Shown here one piece after another: positions 48,020-61,299 of a stretch of DNA of 64,000 bases. The DNA is from Schmidtea nova (taxonomy: Eukaryota): contig CM097882.1 in assembly GCA_044892505.1 (NCBI GenBank), positions 278,690,001-278,754,000 on the forward strand, written 5' to 3'. Positions within the stretch are counted from its first letter, which is position 1. Each line of letters opens with the position of its first letter. Both the position numbers and the translations under genes were made by a program. Under the pieces are notes generated by a model, which was not told the origin of the DNA, ran no database searches, and was given only the letters and a program-made list of their open reading frames with translations.

Positions 48020-50241
48020 ATGAAGTATCAGACGAGCGATGGAAGAGAATGGAGTAAGATGGTTATTAATACGGTTGAAGTAGAAATGTTATGGGATTCG
48101 GGGGCATCAATATCAGTAATGAATGAAGAAACATGGATAAACATCGGAAAACCGAGGTTAGATGCAAGCGATTTGACGATTTCTGGCGTTTTTCCAGGAA
48201 GTAAAAGACTACTGGGACGTACGATGGTAGAGGCGAAATGGAACCAAAAACAGAGGAACATATGTATTGTTGTTATGAGGGATATTCGACCAGAATTTAT
48301 TGGTGGAGTAGATACAATGAAAGCGTTCGGCATACAACTGGTTGAAGTGAAAAGTATTGAAGACAATGAGATCAAGACAAACATCAATGACAAAGACCGA
48401 CTATTAAAAGCGAAAACAGACTTGCTGAAAGAGGAAAATACCGAGCTCGAGAAATTAATCACGGATTTTGCTTCAATATTTATGGCAACCAAATTCGATT
48501 TAGGATATACCACGACGGTAGTACATAAAATTAAAACGACTGGTAATCCTGTGATGCAATATCCACGACGACAACCGATGCATCTGGAACGGAAGGTAGA
48601 TGACTTAATACAAAAGTTAGTAGAAGCAAGGGTGATCAGGCGATGTCAGAGTCCATGGAACGCACCATTAGTCATAGTAGGAAAGAAAGACGGATCGATC
48701 AGAATGTGTGCGGATTATCGGAGTCTAAATAGTCTGACAGAGAAGGAATCTTTTCCGATGCCGAATATCACACAGCTACTGGATTGCTTGGCCGGAGCGA
48801 AGACCACAAGGCGCTTGTATTTATGAATACGACAAAGAAAGCGATAAGTCCACAATTCCAAACATGGATAGTGAACTTATCAGAATATAATTTTAAATTG
48901 CAGTATCGGAAAGGAGTAGAACATGGGAATGCCGATGGATTGTCGAGAATTGGAGGAATGTTGTGCGCACAATGTCAAACACAACACGAAGAGCCGAAGA
49001 AGGAGAGAGCTAGGGTACGATATATTAATTCGATACAAAAAACTGGCACCATGATGAAAATTATGGAAGAACAAAAGAAGGACAAGGGATTTCAAGGAGC
49101 ATGGAATTATATCAATGAATTTTTGAATGAGGAAGAAGATTTTTTCAAGAAATCTTTCCTATATGCTCACAAAGACAGATTGAAGATCAACGATGACCTA
49201 ATTACCGTAGAGAGAGAATCCAATGATTTAGTAGCAGTTCCAGAGAGCCATCAAAAACAACTGGTTAAGAAGATTCATGAAGAATTATGTCATGTGGGGG
49301 GAAAACAAGTCCTTCATTACATGGAAAATAGTTTTTTTCTGGCCAAAGATGTGTGAAACAGTAAGACACGTTGTAAAAGAATGTAGTATTTGTGCGAGAA
49401 GGAAAATAGATCAAGGAAGAACGAAAGAACTTTTTATTCCACGGGAAGTAACGGGTTTCTGGAACAAATCGTAGTTGATGTAGCACACATGGAAAAGACA
49501 TTGTCCGGAAAGAGATATGTGGTTGTCATAATAGATCGGTTCAGTAAATTAGTATGCCTAACTGTGACAGAGAAGCAAGACGAAATGACGATATTCCGGA
49601 TTATACTTCATAATTGGATTTATAAATATGGAAAGCCAGAAAGTATTCTTTCAGACAGAGGAAAAAATTTTGAAGGCAGATATATGAAAGAGAAATTCGA
49701 AGTTTTAGGGATTCGTCAAGAATTCTCAGCACCATATCAACATCAATCAAATGGATTGGTAGAAAGAGTAATTCGCACGATGAGAGATCTACTGGTGACT
49801 TCAATTCTTAGTAACAACAGGCGATATGAATGGTGCGAGATACTTCCAAGGGTGGAATTCAGCATCAATGCGACGTTTCAAAGCGCAACTAAATATTCTC
49901 CATTTGAGATTGTGTATGGACGGAAAGTGTCACTTCATGCCAATGGACAAGGATCAGAGATCAAAGGCCAAAGAGTTGACGAGAAAGTGGTTCAGAATGC
50001 TAAGTTAGCGGTGGATAGAATGAGAACTTTAGAAAAAGATCGAATAGGTAAACTTTCTTTTGAAGTGGGGGAGGAAGTATTGGTTCGACGGGAGCCACAC
50101 AGAAGGAATACGAATGACATACAATACGACGGACCATATAAGATTGTTAGATTTTTGTCGGAACACCAGGTCTAGCTACAATTTCCGGATGCTAGACGAC
50201 CGAGACGGATAGAATGGCTGAAGAGATGGCATCAAAGTTGA
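48020..50241 (+). pseudogene. pol: Pol: aspartic protease, RT N-terminus, RNase H tail and integrase (frameshifted, internal deletion)
   Basis: LWDSGAS; SPWNAPLVIVGKKDGSIRMCADYRSLN; jump at ~48810 to DHKAL...YRKGVEHGNADGLSR; HHCC (HEELCH...CSIC); DDE (VVDVAH, ILSDRG, SNGLVER). No YxDD motif. Confidence 0.92.
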
Positions 50242-50659
50242 GGAGGGGAAAGTAATGTAATGATTATTAAAAAAACAATGTTGTTTAAATAATCAACAAG
50301 AAGGAGTTGTTTTTAAAAATAAATATTAAGTTGTTCAATTGTTTATTCTTGATGTCTGATATTAAGATAGTTACTCTTTCTATTAATTCAGTATCATGTT
50401 TGTTTTATTATATATTATCCATGGTTGTGTTTTCTTGAACCTGAAATCAATTATGATTTTAATAAAACACATGCAATAGTTAAAACGAAAATTTCATCCT
50501 TTAATTGAAAAACTGTATCCGTTCTCGATATTTTATTAACACGTTGACGCACACTATTTTACCAAGTCACTCCTAAAACACTTAATTAATATTTAGCACT
50601 AGTATAGGATATTAAGCATTAGCTACAAATTGAAATTTGAAAATTATTACGCATTTTTG

Positions 50660-52105
50660 TCCACTATAGCTGTCGTAACGTCGACGTATTAAATAAATTA
50701 ATGTTAGGACTAAATGGGGTCAACAAAAATTCAATTTTCTTTGAATATTGACTTTGAAAAAGATGACGAATTATAATCATTCTTTATCTCAAATTCTATC
50801 AGACCCATGAATCATACCTTCATAGATGATTTTATCACATTATTCAATGAGAAAATAAAAAAAGTAAACGAATAAAGGAGTAATTGGGTCTTAAATAAAA
50901 TGAATATATTAGTATTTTATCACAAAATACTCTGAAATAAATAGATTGAGCGGTCATAGTTTTACTGATACTACTAAATTTTCATCAAATAAAAATTGTA
51001 TAGTTTGAATAACTAATAGTGACGATTTATGTTCTATATATCACATTTTAGCTATTTGGAAATATAACGAAGTTACATTTTTTCAAAACAGACCATCGTT
51101 GTTTAATCTTGCCGATCTTAATTTTCACCCTCTCGATCTCCCGATGCACCTTTGTGACATACCTATATTTGAGTAATAAAATCTGGGGTATAAATTAGTA
51201 TATTTTCATATGATGAAAATACTTTAACAGGAATCACAAACAAGAGTGAAGTATTGAAACATTTTTCTTGATATAATATATTGATCTAAAGTTGTATGAA
51301 GGACTGCAATCAATTCATTTTTATTACAGGAAATTGACAATTTTCATTTTATCGAAGTAAAATTTATTTATAGACTGTTGAATTGTAGGAATTCTAACAC
51401 AACTGCTGTTAGGATTTGTAGTAAATGCTGCTCAAGATGTTTGAATGGGTTTAGAACTGACAATTCTGGTTTATACCATAAAAATCAGTTAAGAACTATG
51501 TTATACAGTGTATAATATAAATTTCTTTCCTTCAAATATTGGGCAAAAACCATTTCTCCGCCTTTTGTAATTTATACAGATTTGAAGTAATTTTGCCTAA
51601 AGATTATAAATGTTATCAAAATCTTTTGCCAATCTCAGATAAGGTTCTTGTTTCTAAATAATTTTACCTGTCAAAATTTCATTATACTGTGTTGATGAAT
51701 TTCTTTTTGAAATTCAACAAATTTGTAAATAAAGAATTGTTTGTTGTTTTAATCGATATTATAATGAAGAAAATGATCTTTAATTGGTATGATCATTTAC
51801 ACTTATTGTTATCTTTGTAAGAAAGCTTTAGTTGATACAGTTAAGGAACACAATCACTTATCTTGTTAATTTTTGGGTACAACTTGTTCAAAATGCAAAA
51901 TTTCATGGAAAATTCCTCATAATTTATCTGCTGTATTTCATAATTTGAGGGAATATTATCTCCATCATATTTTAAAATTTGGTTTTTCTAAATATAAATC
52001 TTGGAATATAAGAATCGATGGAGTAGCAGTCAAATTTATCGATTCTTCCCAATTTGTTAATGATTCACTAAATAATGAGGTAAAAACACTGACATCTTTA
52101 TCTCT
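50660..52105 (+). pseudogene. pPolB: Heavily decayed pPolB fragment of the same Polinton family
   Basis: Collinear nucleotide similarity to ~18580-20120 (e.g. AAAATTCAATTTT...TTTGAAAAAGATGA; GTTAGGATTTG(T/C)AGT; VIFHNL..Y.LHHILK.G.SKY..WNI; KFIDSSQFV), with many stops and indels. Confidence 0.9.
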
Positions 52106-53309
52106 TCTGAATTTACGAATTATTGTATTTTATTTTTGTAAAGTATGGAAAAAGGGTGTAAAAAATACGTTGTTTATTCAATATATACGTTCTATTAAAG
52201 GAGAAAACTTTTTTTTAATTTGTCTAAATTAAAAATACACGACCGTTATTTGACTAATGTAATAATAACACTAGCTTAGTGCTTAGCAGAATCGCCGATG
52301 AAAAGATGAACTGCCGAAATAACTAAAGGGTTTCAAATTTATTGTGTTTGTTTGTGAAAATTTAATCAAATATTTTATTTGTAAATAAATCACAATAATA
52401 CAATCACTAATAAAAATAATAGAAATAAATTTTAAAACTTTTCAAAAAAACTAATTGAATTAATCTTTTGAAGTAATATCATTTACATCTTATATTTTTT
52501 CACTTTTCATTTTTTTTCTTTTTTAGAAGTTCCCAATAATATTTTTAGCGCACGAATTTTCGGTACTACACTCTTAAAAAGAGTTTGTCGAATATTCAAA
52601 AAGGTTGGGAGTCACTGATTTATNNNNNNNNNNNNNNNNNNNNNNNNNNNNNNNNNNNNNNNNNNNNNNNNNNNNNNNNNNNNNNNNNNNNNNNNNNNNN
52701 NNNNNNNNNNNNNNNNNNNNNNNNNNNNNNNNNNNNNNNNNNNNNNNNNNNNNNGGCACCGAAGGTCAAATAACTCCTCTGATGATTAGTGTTTGGGTTA
52801 TAATGATATCAATAATGTACAAAAAATCCAGAAAAGGGTTTAGACCGGATTATAATGCTCGTTTTCTATTTTTGATTTGGTCTATGGGCCTTGGATTGAC
52901 ATTGTGTTGGAGTATTTGCCTATCAAGTGACAAAGTTCTGAGATTGAAATATCCTCAGACATTATATGTTCCGGAACCATGGAGCGTTTATAGCCTTTAT
53001 TTTGGCATTGTGTAATTATTACTCTATTTTATGCGTAAATTAGTAGACGTTTCTATGTTAAAAATATTGAAAATGAATAGTGAAATAGCTTTAAATTGTT
53101 TTTTTAAAATTTCATATTAATAAATATAAAAAAAGAAAACAAGTAATTTTCATAGATTAATAGAAAAGTAAAAATAATATCAAATTTGGAGAAAAAATTA
53201 ACAACTAATAAATTACGATTAAAATAATTTATCAATTGAATTTATTTGGGAAAATTGGCAGTCCTAAACTGGAAATACCAACACAGATAGGCAGTGATGT
53301 ATTAACCCT

Positions 53310-53502
53310 GTCACACCGCGCATTTCCGCCAGCACTGTAGAAGTTCTAAAATTGAATTTTGGAAGAAATCCGGACTGCGTTTCATGAAGAATTCCTCGAT
53401 TACGGGCTGTAAATTTTTGGTGCCTGTAAATGATTGTCCTCTTAGATCCTTCTTAAAATATATGACGAGATAAAAGTCACTGGGTGCCAGAGTGGGAATG
53501 GT
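53310..53502 (-). pseudogene. mariner transposase C-terminal fragment
   Basis: PTLAPSDFYL...LRGQSF...FFQNSILELLQCWRKC matches the mariner YSPDLAPSD...RW.KC pattern. Confidence 0.75.
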
Positions 53503-53715
53503 AAATTAGATTAAGTTTGCTTTCCTTTTTATAGGGCCAACTTGACATCAATTACTTCAATTTGCGAGCAATATTGCTCTTTTCTCTAATTCTTTCATCT
53601 GAAAAAATAAAAGAAATTAAAATTCTTTTACTTTCATTTTCTAATGTGATTTTCCTAAAGAAATAATTAATCAAATTTAATTTTAGTTAATTAATTCGTA
53701 ATTTTGTATTAACGT

Positions 53716-55200
53716 CAGTGCCGCATTAAGGCATAAGCCAAATAAGCCATGGCTTAAGCATTCAATAGGGGCCTCAAAATTATGTGATGTCGTAAAAAAT
53801 TATATCGACCTTTTTTAATATTGTTGAAGCAATGTTATAGGCCTATTCTACATTGATATTATTGCTTTAGTAAATGTTTAACAAATATGTATGATTAATG
53901 ATTTATAACTTTTGTCGTAGGTTGCATAGTTTATATCGTCTAGTTTCAATAATTCCTTTTAAAAGTTTGATTGTATAATAGCAATTATCAAACTCACCCC
54001 GTAGACGCAATACAGTTTTATCCGTTTAATATAAAGATATTTTAAACAAGAATTTCGTTCGTGCAATATTAAACGATATTATAACCAACCACCCATTTAA
54101 TAACTATAATATTTAATGTGAAAATAAGTTTGGTTTAATAATTTTTTTGGAAAAAATTATAAGATATTTTTTTAATTATCAATCATTTTTTTAAATCATT
54201 TTTTTAATTTTTTGTCTTTCTTATTTTTTTCAAAATTATTATCAGAATTATTTTTGTTTAAAGTTCATCTTTACACCGTTTAGCATTTAAAATGCTAACT
54301 GTTCATAACAAATTATGCAAATAATTTCACATGCTACCTTTTCAAGTTCTCAGTTTTTATACATTAAATTAATTGTTCATGATAATCTCATTTAATTGAA
54401 ATGATTTGATAAAGTCATTTAAAATTTTTGTGATAATTTAGTAATTCCGTAAGTTTCATAACAATTTCAAGGATTAGACCTGACATCTTTTTTATGAAAC
54501 ACAACTTTTAGTTCATGATTCATGTATAGACATTAGCATTGCTTATTTTCGATAGCCGTATATGGACATTTACATTTCTACGTTTATTTAACCTTAATAA
54601 GCCACGCACACCACGCACACCACTCAAATCATAAACATGCACAAATGACCAGCGAATCATGAGGCTTGCATCACGCAACCTCGTTTTCCTAGAATGACAT
54701 GTCACTTTTCACTCATTAAGTGTACAACGATGTTAACATGAGTAATAAAGCATATCGCCAGTGTTATTTGTGCTCTTCCTCTGGATTTATTTGTGTTACC
54801 GTCTCGTCTCAAGTTATTCAAAATATCATCTATACTCAATTTTTGCCAGTGAATTGGAATCCGTCATTATTTTTTACCTATTCCTTATCGTTTGTACGTT
54901 ATTAACGATCGAAAACTACTAACCACAGTGTTTTTTATCCATTCGTCGAACTATAACATTAATCTTCGGACAATTTTACTTATATCGTGCGCCATACCAT
55001 TTATTTATTCCTTACAATTACTACAGTACAAGTGAGTGTATGCAATGATTAATTTGCAAATATGCTTTTATATATCTCTTTTTTATTTTGCAGGAAATGA
55101 AACGTACATTTGAAAGTGGACATCAAAAGCGTAAGAAAATGGATCAGTTTGCTGTTGTCCAAAGTAAGCTTCCTAAACTGGATAAATTCCTATCAATCTC
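53716..55200 (+). mobile_element. 5' part of a hAT element (TIR plus transposase N-terminus)
   Basis: Start CAGTGCCGCATTAAGGC...GGGGCCTC; downstream MKRTFESGHQKRKK resembles hAT transposase N-termini. Confidence 0.55.
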
Positions 55201-55644
55201 CCCATTATCACCTTCCACACATCATCACCTGCTTGAAGCAACAGCACTACCACTACCATTGGGTTTAACGTTGTCTGTAGATCATCAATTTATGTTATTC
55301 GTCTTCAAATTGTTATTCGCTCATACCTTTTCTCCCCTAAAAGTTAATTTTTTTATTATTTTGCACATAAATTTCTTTCGAGTTTTAAATTAAATTTGGA
55401 AATTTTAAGAAATATTGAAATCTCATGTTTTTAGTTTTATTTTTAATTTAGTTATGAAAAATTATTTGAAGTTTTTAAGTTTTTCAATCAATCCAGTTGC
55501 AAATAGGGTAATGTAATTAAAGGAGGCAATTTAAAAATGATAATGAAAGATTAAAATTTGAAATTGGATTTAATTTTTTTTAATTATAATAAATTCTTTG
55601 TTTTTCAACCCTTGGTTTAAATTTTTTACTGAGATAAAAACAAA

Positions 55645-55905
55645 ATGGAAAAAGATATTACTTTTTAGTAATTGATAATGTATTTTATATATGTAAAGCT
55701 GAATTTGCTTGAAATATTGTTCCAAGATCTGTGTTTCTATCAATTTTTGGTTGACAAAGACATCAAGGTGGTATGGTTGGCGTTGGAAAAAAATATTGTT
55801 ATGATAGTAATAAGGCTCAGTCTAAGAAATATTTTAACTTTGAAATACTCTATAGAACACGGTATTGTGATAAATTGGAAAGACATGGAATTGATGTGAC
55901 ATCAT
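55645..55905 (+). pseudogene. ACT: Actin pseudogene fragment (~N-terminal 87 codons)
   Basis: MEKDITFLVIDN..ICKAEFA*NIVPRSVFLSIFG*QRHQGGMVGVG...KAQSK / ILTLKYSIEHGIVINWKDMELM*HH aligns by eye to actin [41 protein letters not shown]...[25 protein letters not shown]. Confidence 0.93.
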
Positions 55906-58900
55906 ATAAGGATTTCTCAATTTTTTTATTTAACCTCACTCTCTAGGTGAACTTCTTTGCTTAGCCTTTCTCACATATGCAAACAGCTGTTAAGGATACC
56001 TAAATATTAAAATAAATATTATCACAAATAAATGAAATTATTGGGGAAGATGGACAGGGTAAATGATGTGATGTTTTGAAATTCGGAGAAGGAGGAAGGA
56101 ACAGCAAAAATTGAGAAATGAGAAAAAATAAAAGAAATCGAACAATTTACAAGAAAAGGTTATTTCTAATTAAAAAATATAAAAAGGGAAAATAAATTCC
56201 AAAATTGAAAAACAAAAACAAGAAAATTCATATCTTGATAGTTTGTCAGAGATATCGGGAATGCAGAAAAAAGTGAGGAATAACAAAAAGAGAAGATGTC
56301 AGTTATAATGCAGGAGTTAGGAGAAAATGTGAAGTATGCCAGAGACATAAACAGGAAAAAATTCTCTCGTGAACCAGAAAATGGCGAGCTATAAAAGGAA
56401 AAACCACAGTAGTTGAATAATAAGTTTTGATTCAGAAGTGTTGGGGTTATTATAAAAATCACAAAAGTGACAAGAAATATCAAAATAAATAAAAGTGCAA
56501 AAATTAATTAAAATTTATCAAAAATTTTAAATTAATATTCATCGGGGGAAATGGGTATGGTTGAATGCCAAATCAAAAGACAAACCCAAAAATAATAACA
56601 GAAATTTAGTAAAGGGTCCCCAGAGAAAGTTATTTAATAAAAACAAACTAATTAAAATTAATTAATCGCTCAATAGGAAACCTGAGACAATGGGAAGCCC
56701 AAGGCAATGGGAAACCCGAGTGATGAGGAAAGCTCGAGCGCAGTAAAGACCCGAGAGATCAAAGTCGGGAGATTGATTGTCAAGAAAACTCTAAAAATCC
56801 AATTGACGGAGAAGCGGTTAGCAATTTTATTATTAATCAATTAAATTAAGAAGTGTAAGCTTGAGAGACGCCTGCCGGACAGCCTGATCGGATAAGGAAA
56901 GACAAAAGTTAGTTAAATATTTGCAAGACGAGAGGTCTTGAATCAGCAGCAGTCAGAATCAAATTAATTCTTATTAGCGTATCAGAAAGGGAGGTTTTCT
57001 TTGGGAGACTTATCCCTTTGCTCAATCGGAAAAGCAATGAGAATTAAAGTTCTTGAAATTTCATACCAAGATTTATTTTTATCAAAAGTTGTGTCAAATA
57101 GTTATTGAAAATACTTTCAAATAAATTGTACTGTTTTGGGTTTTTTTTCTTGAGTCAATCCTATAAGAATACCAAGAAGTCAGATAAACAGCTCCGACTA
57201 ATTGATAAATTCCTAACAAAATTATATTAGAGAAAGGAAATTAACTTGGATAAATTAGATACACATTATTGGAAAACTTCTATTGAGAAGATAAAGTGAA
57301 CAAAACAAACGAGAATTAAAAAAGAGTCAAATTACATTGAATATAGTATCAAGTCAAAACTCAAAAACAACCAAAATCGATTTACCAATAATTGAATTTA
57401 AATCAGTGGTCAAGGACTGTTGTATTCTAGGCATTATACATTTGGGCAATTCCTCAGGAAGTGTTTTAATAAGCTCTGTATATTTGCCTATTTTGGTGTT
57501 GAATCGATCATGTAATTGTTAATTATGTAATCAACTGTGATAATCAAAAAAAGTTTATATTATCTGAAAATTTTGGTTTAGTGGATTAGATAAAGTACGC
57601 TTTGGACTCATAGAATTAATTGGTAAATTTAAAATTTCACCAACAACCCAAGAAATTATAAAGAAATTATAAAATACCATGCTTTACTTTAAATATAAAT
57701 TCTTCTAATTTTATTGGCCAATTTTACAGTTTTGTCTTATAACACTTAAAAATAAAACTATGTTACAGTTTTACAACTATAGGTAAAAAAGATATCGTTC
57801 GAAATATCGAAAATAAATTGTGTCATATTGCTCTGTATTTTAAGTAAGAAATGAAAACTGCAGCCGCTTCATCAACGCTTGTAAAGAGGTATAAAATACC
57901 AAAATAAATTAGAAGAGAATTTTGTTAATCTGATAGCACTCGAATATTTGTACAAGAATTTGTTTTTGCCTTCATTGACATAACAATAAAAAGAACATCA
58001 TAGCGATGATTTCTTTAATTTGAATCAACATTTTTAATTTAACCGTATTCGTACTGCGATTTTTTAAATTTGAAATTCATAACATGTGTCTGTAAGACAC
58101 TCAATTATATCGATAATTTATATCAGCCATTTATTCATTATTTAGTTGATTTTTAATGATTTTTATTTTTTTTGCTTGTATATGTCATATAGTCACATGC
58201 CAGGATGAATAGGGTTAAACTGTACTAACAAATTTGAAATGCTAAAAATATAATTTAGTTTTTTTATATAATATATTATTATTTCAGAAATTTTCCTTTT
58301 TTTATTTAAGACAATAGAGCCAAAAATTTTTTTAACGCAAAGCATATAAAAGTTAAAAATTTAAATAGACAAAAACTAATTAAAAATTAAGTGAAATTGA
58401 AAATCAAAATTTTAAGGCGGCAAAGGTATGAGCGAATAGCAAATGAAAAATTAAAGATAAGGAAATAATAAAAATTTGGCGAGGGTCCACAGGTAAAGAT
58501 TTTTAAAAATAAAAATTAAATAAATATCTAATTAATTATGCAAAATAAATCTACGATAATCTTGATGTGTCGGAAATATGATTTTGCGTTGTATTATTTT
58601 GGTTAAGACCGTAAGGCATTTGAATGTTTTCTCTTGTGTTATTAACAATTGAATTAGAATATTTTTAATGTATAATATTTTAATTTTGATGTATCAATCA
58701 TTGGATAATGAAATCGCCGTAAAGTCTTAGAGTTGAACAGAGAAGAGAATTACGAAGAAATTTACAGTAAATCATGTATATAATATTAATTTAGACAATG
58801 GTACACGAAATCAAACGAAAACAACCATGTATACATTACTAACATATTAGACCATCTAGTGAGCACCGGTTTACAGATGATGACCATTACCACCAAACAG

Positions 58901-59782
58901 ACCCAACATTGTCTAAACATTAAATAGGTCATTTTAGATTTTGGTTTCCTTATCACTCGGGTTTTTCTTTTTACTACAGAATTTTTTGATAATCAATTTT
59001 GTCGGGATAATTGGGTTAGCTGTTATTTACCCGGGCTTTCTCTAAATCATCCAAATTTCCTTGGTAATTAGATGATTTAGTTGATGACTCGGGTTTTCTA
59101 TGCCACTCGGGTATCCCAGTGGCATGGGCCTCCTATTAGCTCGGGTTTCTCATTAGGTAATTAATTTTATTTTTCTTAATATTCTTTTCTGGGAACCCCC
59201 TTTAAATTTTATATTACTATATTTAGATTCGTCTCATCATTTGACATCCGCCCATACCAGTTTCTCTCGCAAAATATTATTTTTTAATTTTCCAAATTTT
59301 TAATTATTTTTAATATTTTCGTTATTACTTTTTTAATTTCATGTTTTTATTGATTTGCATTTAGTTTTTACGCTTTTAATTTTATTTCGTTCTTGATTAG
59401 ACAAACCCCAACAATCGAATATGGTGCGAAGCACTATAGAAGAATAGGCCAATTATGACAAGTATCACATGAAAACTTGGATTTCAAGATAAAACAGACA
59501 GAGTCCAAAGTCAGAGAGAATAAAGATTTGAGAAATAAATTAAGCCAGAAAGTGTTTTAAAGTAATAATTGAGAATTATAAAGAAAAGTAATTGTTCTTT
59601 CCAAAACAAAAGTGGGGACTTGAAAAAAAATTTCATTCAAGAAATAATAATTTATTACAATTTGTTATTTATTAAGTTCAGAATAGTAACGAAAATATTT
59701 AAATTAATTAAAATAAATAAAAAAATTTCAAACAAAAAACTTTATAATTTTGACATTTTTATTTATCATAATTATCTTTTTT

Positions 59783-59993
59783 CACCTTTGCTCTTTTTTT
59801 ATTATTATTATCAATAATTCTCATAATGCTGACTATAGATCAAAATTTTTTTATAAACAATAACACAATATTTCGGCACAGCCTTTATCATGTGTGTATT
59901 TCTTGATAAAGGCTGTGCCGAAATATTGTGTTATTGTTTATAAAAAAAATTTTTGATCTATAGTCAGCATTATGAGAATTATTGATAATAATA
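59783..59993. repeat. Foldback palindromic element, copy 2 (~88-bp arms, 13-nt loop)
   Basis: Arms 59803-59890 and 59904-59993; nearly identical to 44536-44727. Confidence 0.92.
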
Positions 59994-61299
59994 TTTGAGA
60001 TTTAAATATGCGGGACAAAATCTCGAAATTGAAATAAAGAAAAAAACACATAATTTGAATATTTCAAATATTCAATGTATTTATATTATTATAATATTTA
60101 TTATAGTCACAAATAATAAAAAACTAAAATAAAAAAAAATTATAAAAAACTAAATAATAAACAAATATATGCTTAATGAAAAATAAACAAATTAACAAAA
60201 CATAACGAAACAGAAAAAAAGGAATACAACTGGCAAATGTACTTTTAATGTGCATTAATAATATTTAATTAAATTTTTACCTATTAAATATTTACTTGAA
60301 TACTTTTTTTATCATTTGTCTTTGACCACAAGGACGAGAATAACGAACTGTCATCACAATTCAAAAGTCCCAGTAGGCAATTTGTACTGCACAAAATATC
60401 CCAACTCGTGAAATAAAAATCCAAATTAAAACAAACCCCACTAAACAAAATAAAGTAACAATTTTCGTTACAGGGCTTGTATATTTTTAATTCAGACGTA
60501 TAATTAATTTTGTTTTATGTGAAATCTTTTAAATTCGTTTTAGAGAGACGTGCGGGAAAATTAGTTTGCGTGTGGGACGCGGGAAATATCTTAGGTGTGT
60601 GGGACAATCCCACCTAGGGAGGGACAGATGGTAACCCTGGTTTCCACAGAAATACTAGTATTATTTTATCAATTCTACATACATGGATTTATCATTTTCT
60701 CACATGTTTTATTGCAAATCCATTAATAATGCCATCATAACTTAAACTTTTGGCTAATTGAGACTCAATAGATAAAATTTCGAGAGATAAAACGTTCTTG
60801 ACTATTAGTCGATTTCAAATAATTTTTTATTATTTTCAATTTTGAGAAAGATCTTTCTCCAGATGCGACGGTACTAGGTAAAGTTAATATTATATTTAAA
60901 GTAGAACAAAATTTGGATACAATTTGAATAAATTATTTTTAAATAAATATTGCAATATTTGGAAGGCAAAACTCTTACAAATTTTGATTTCAATATATAA
61001 ATCAAGGAAATGAACATCGTCTTGTAAGATCACATTTAAGTCTTTGTAACATTTAAGAAGATCTTTTACTGTCAATTTTTGAATATAATCGGAATTAAAT
61101 GGAAAACATAAAATGTATCATGTTCTTGATAAATTTCGAATCCTTTCTTAAAAGAAATAATCGCACTATCAACTATGACTAAAGAATATTGAATTCGGAA
61201 ATATTCTTTGACATTTTGAATAGGTTCATCGGCTTCTTCATTACAAAACTGACTTGTTTTTTATCCAATTTTTTGATTCAGATATTACTTTCAAATTTT

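Larger units (their letters stand above)
46730..50375 (+). mobile_element. Ty3/gypsy LTR retrotransposon (3646 bp), non-autonomous because the RT core is deleted
   Basis: Identical 125-bp LTRs (46730-46854, 50251-50375) with AGTAA...TTACT ends; 5-bp TSD CTTTC; PBS TGGCGACCACG overlapping the LTR end; PPT GAGGAGGGGAA at 50240-50250. Confidence 0.96.
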
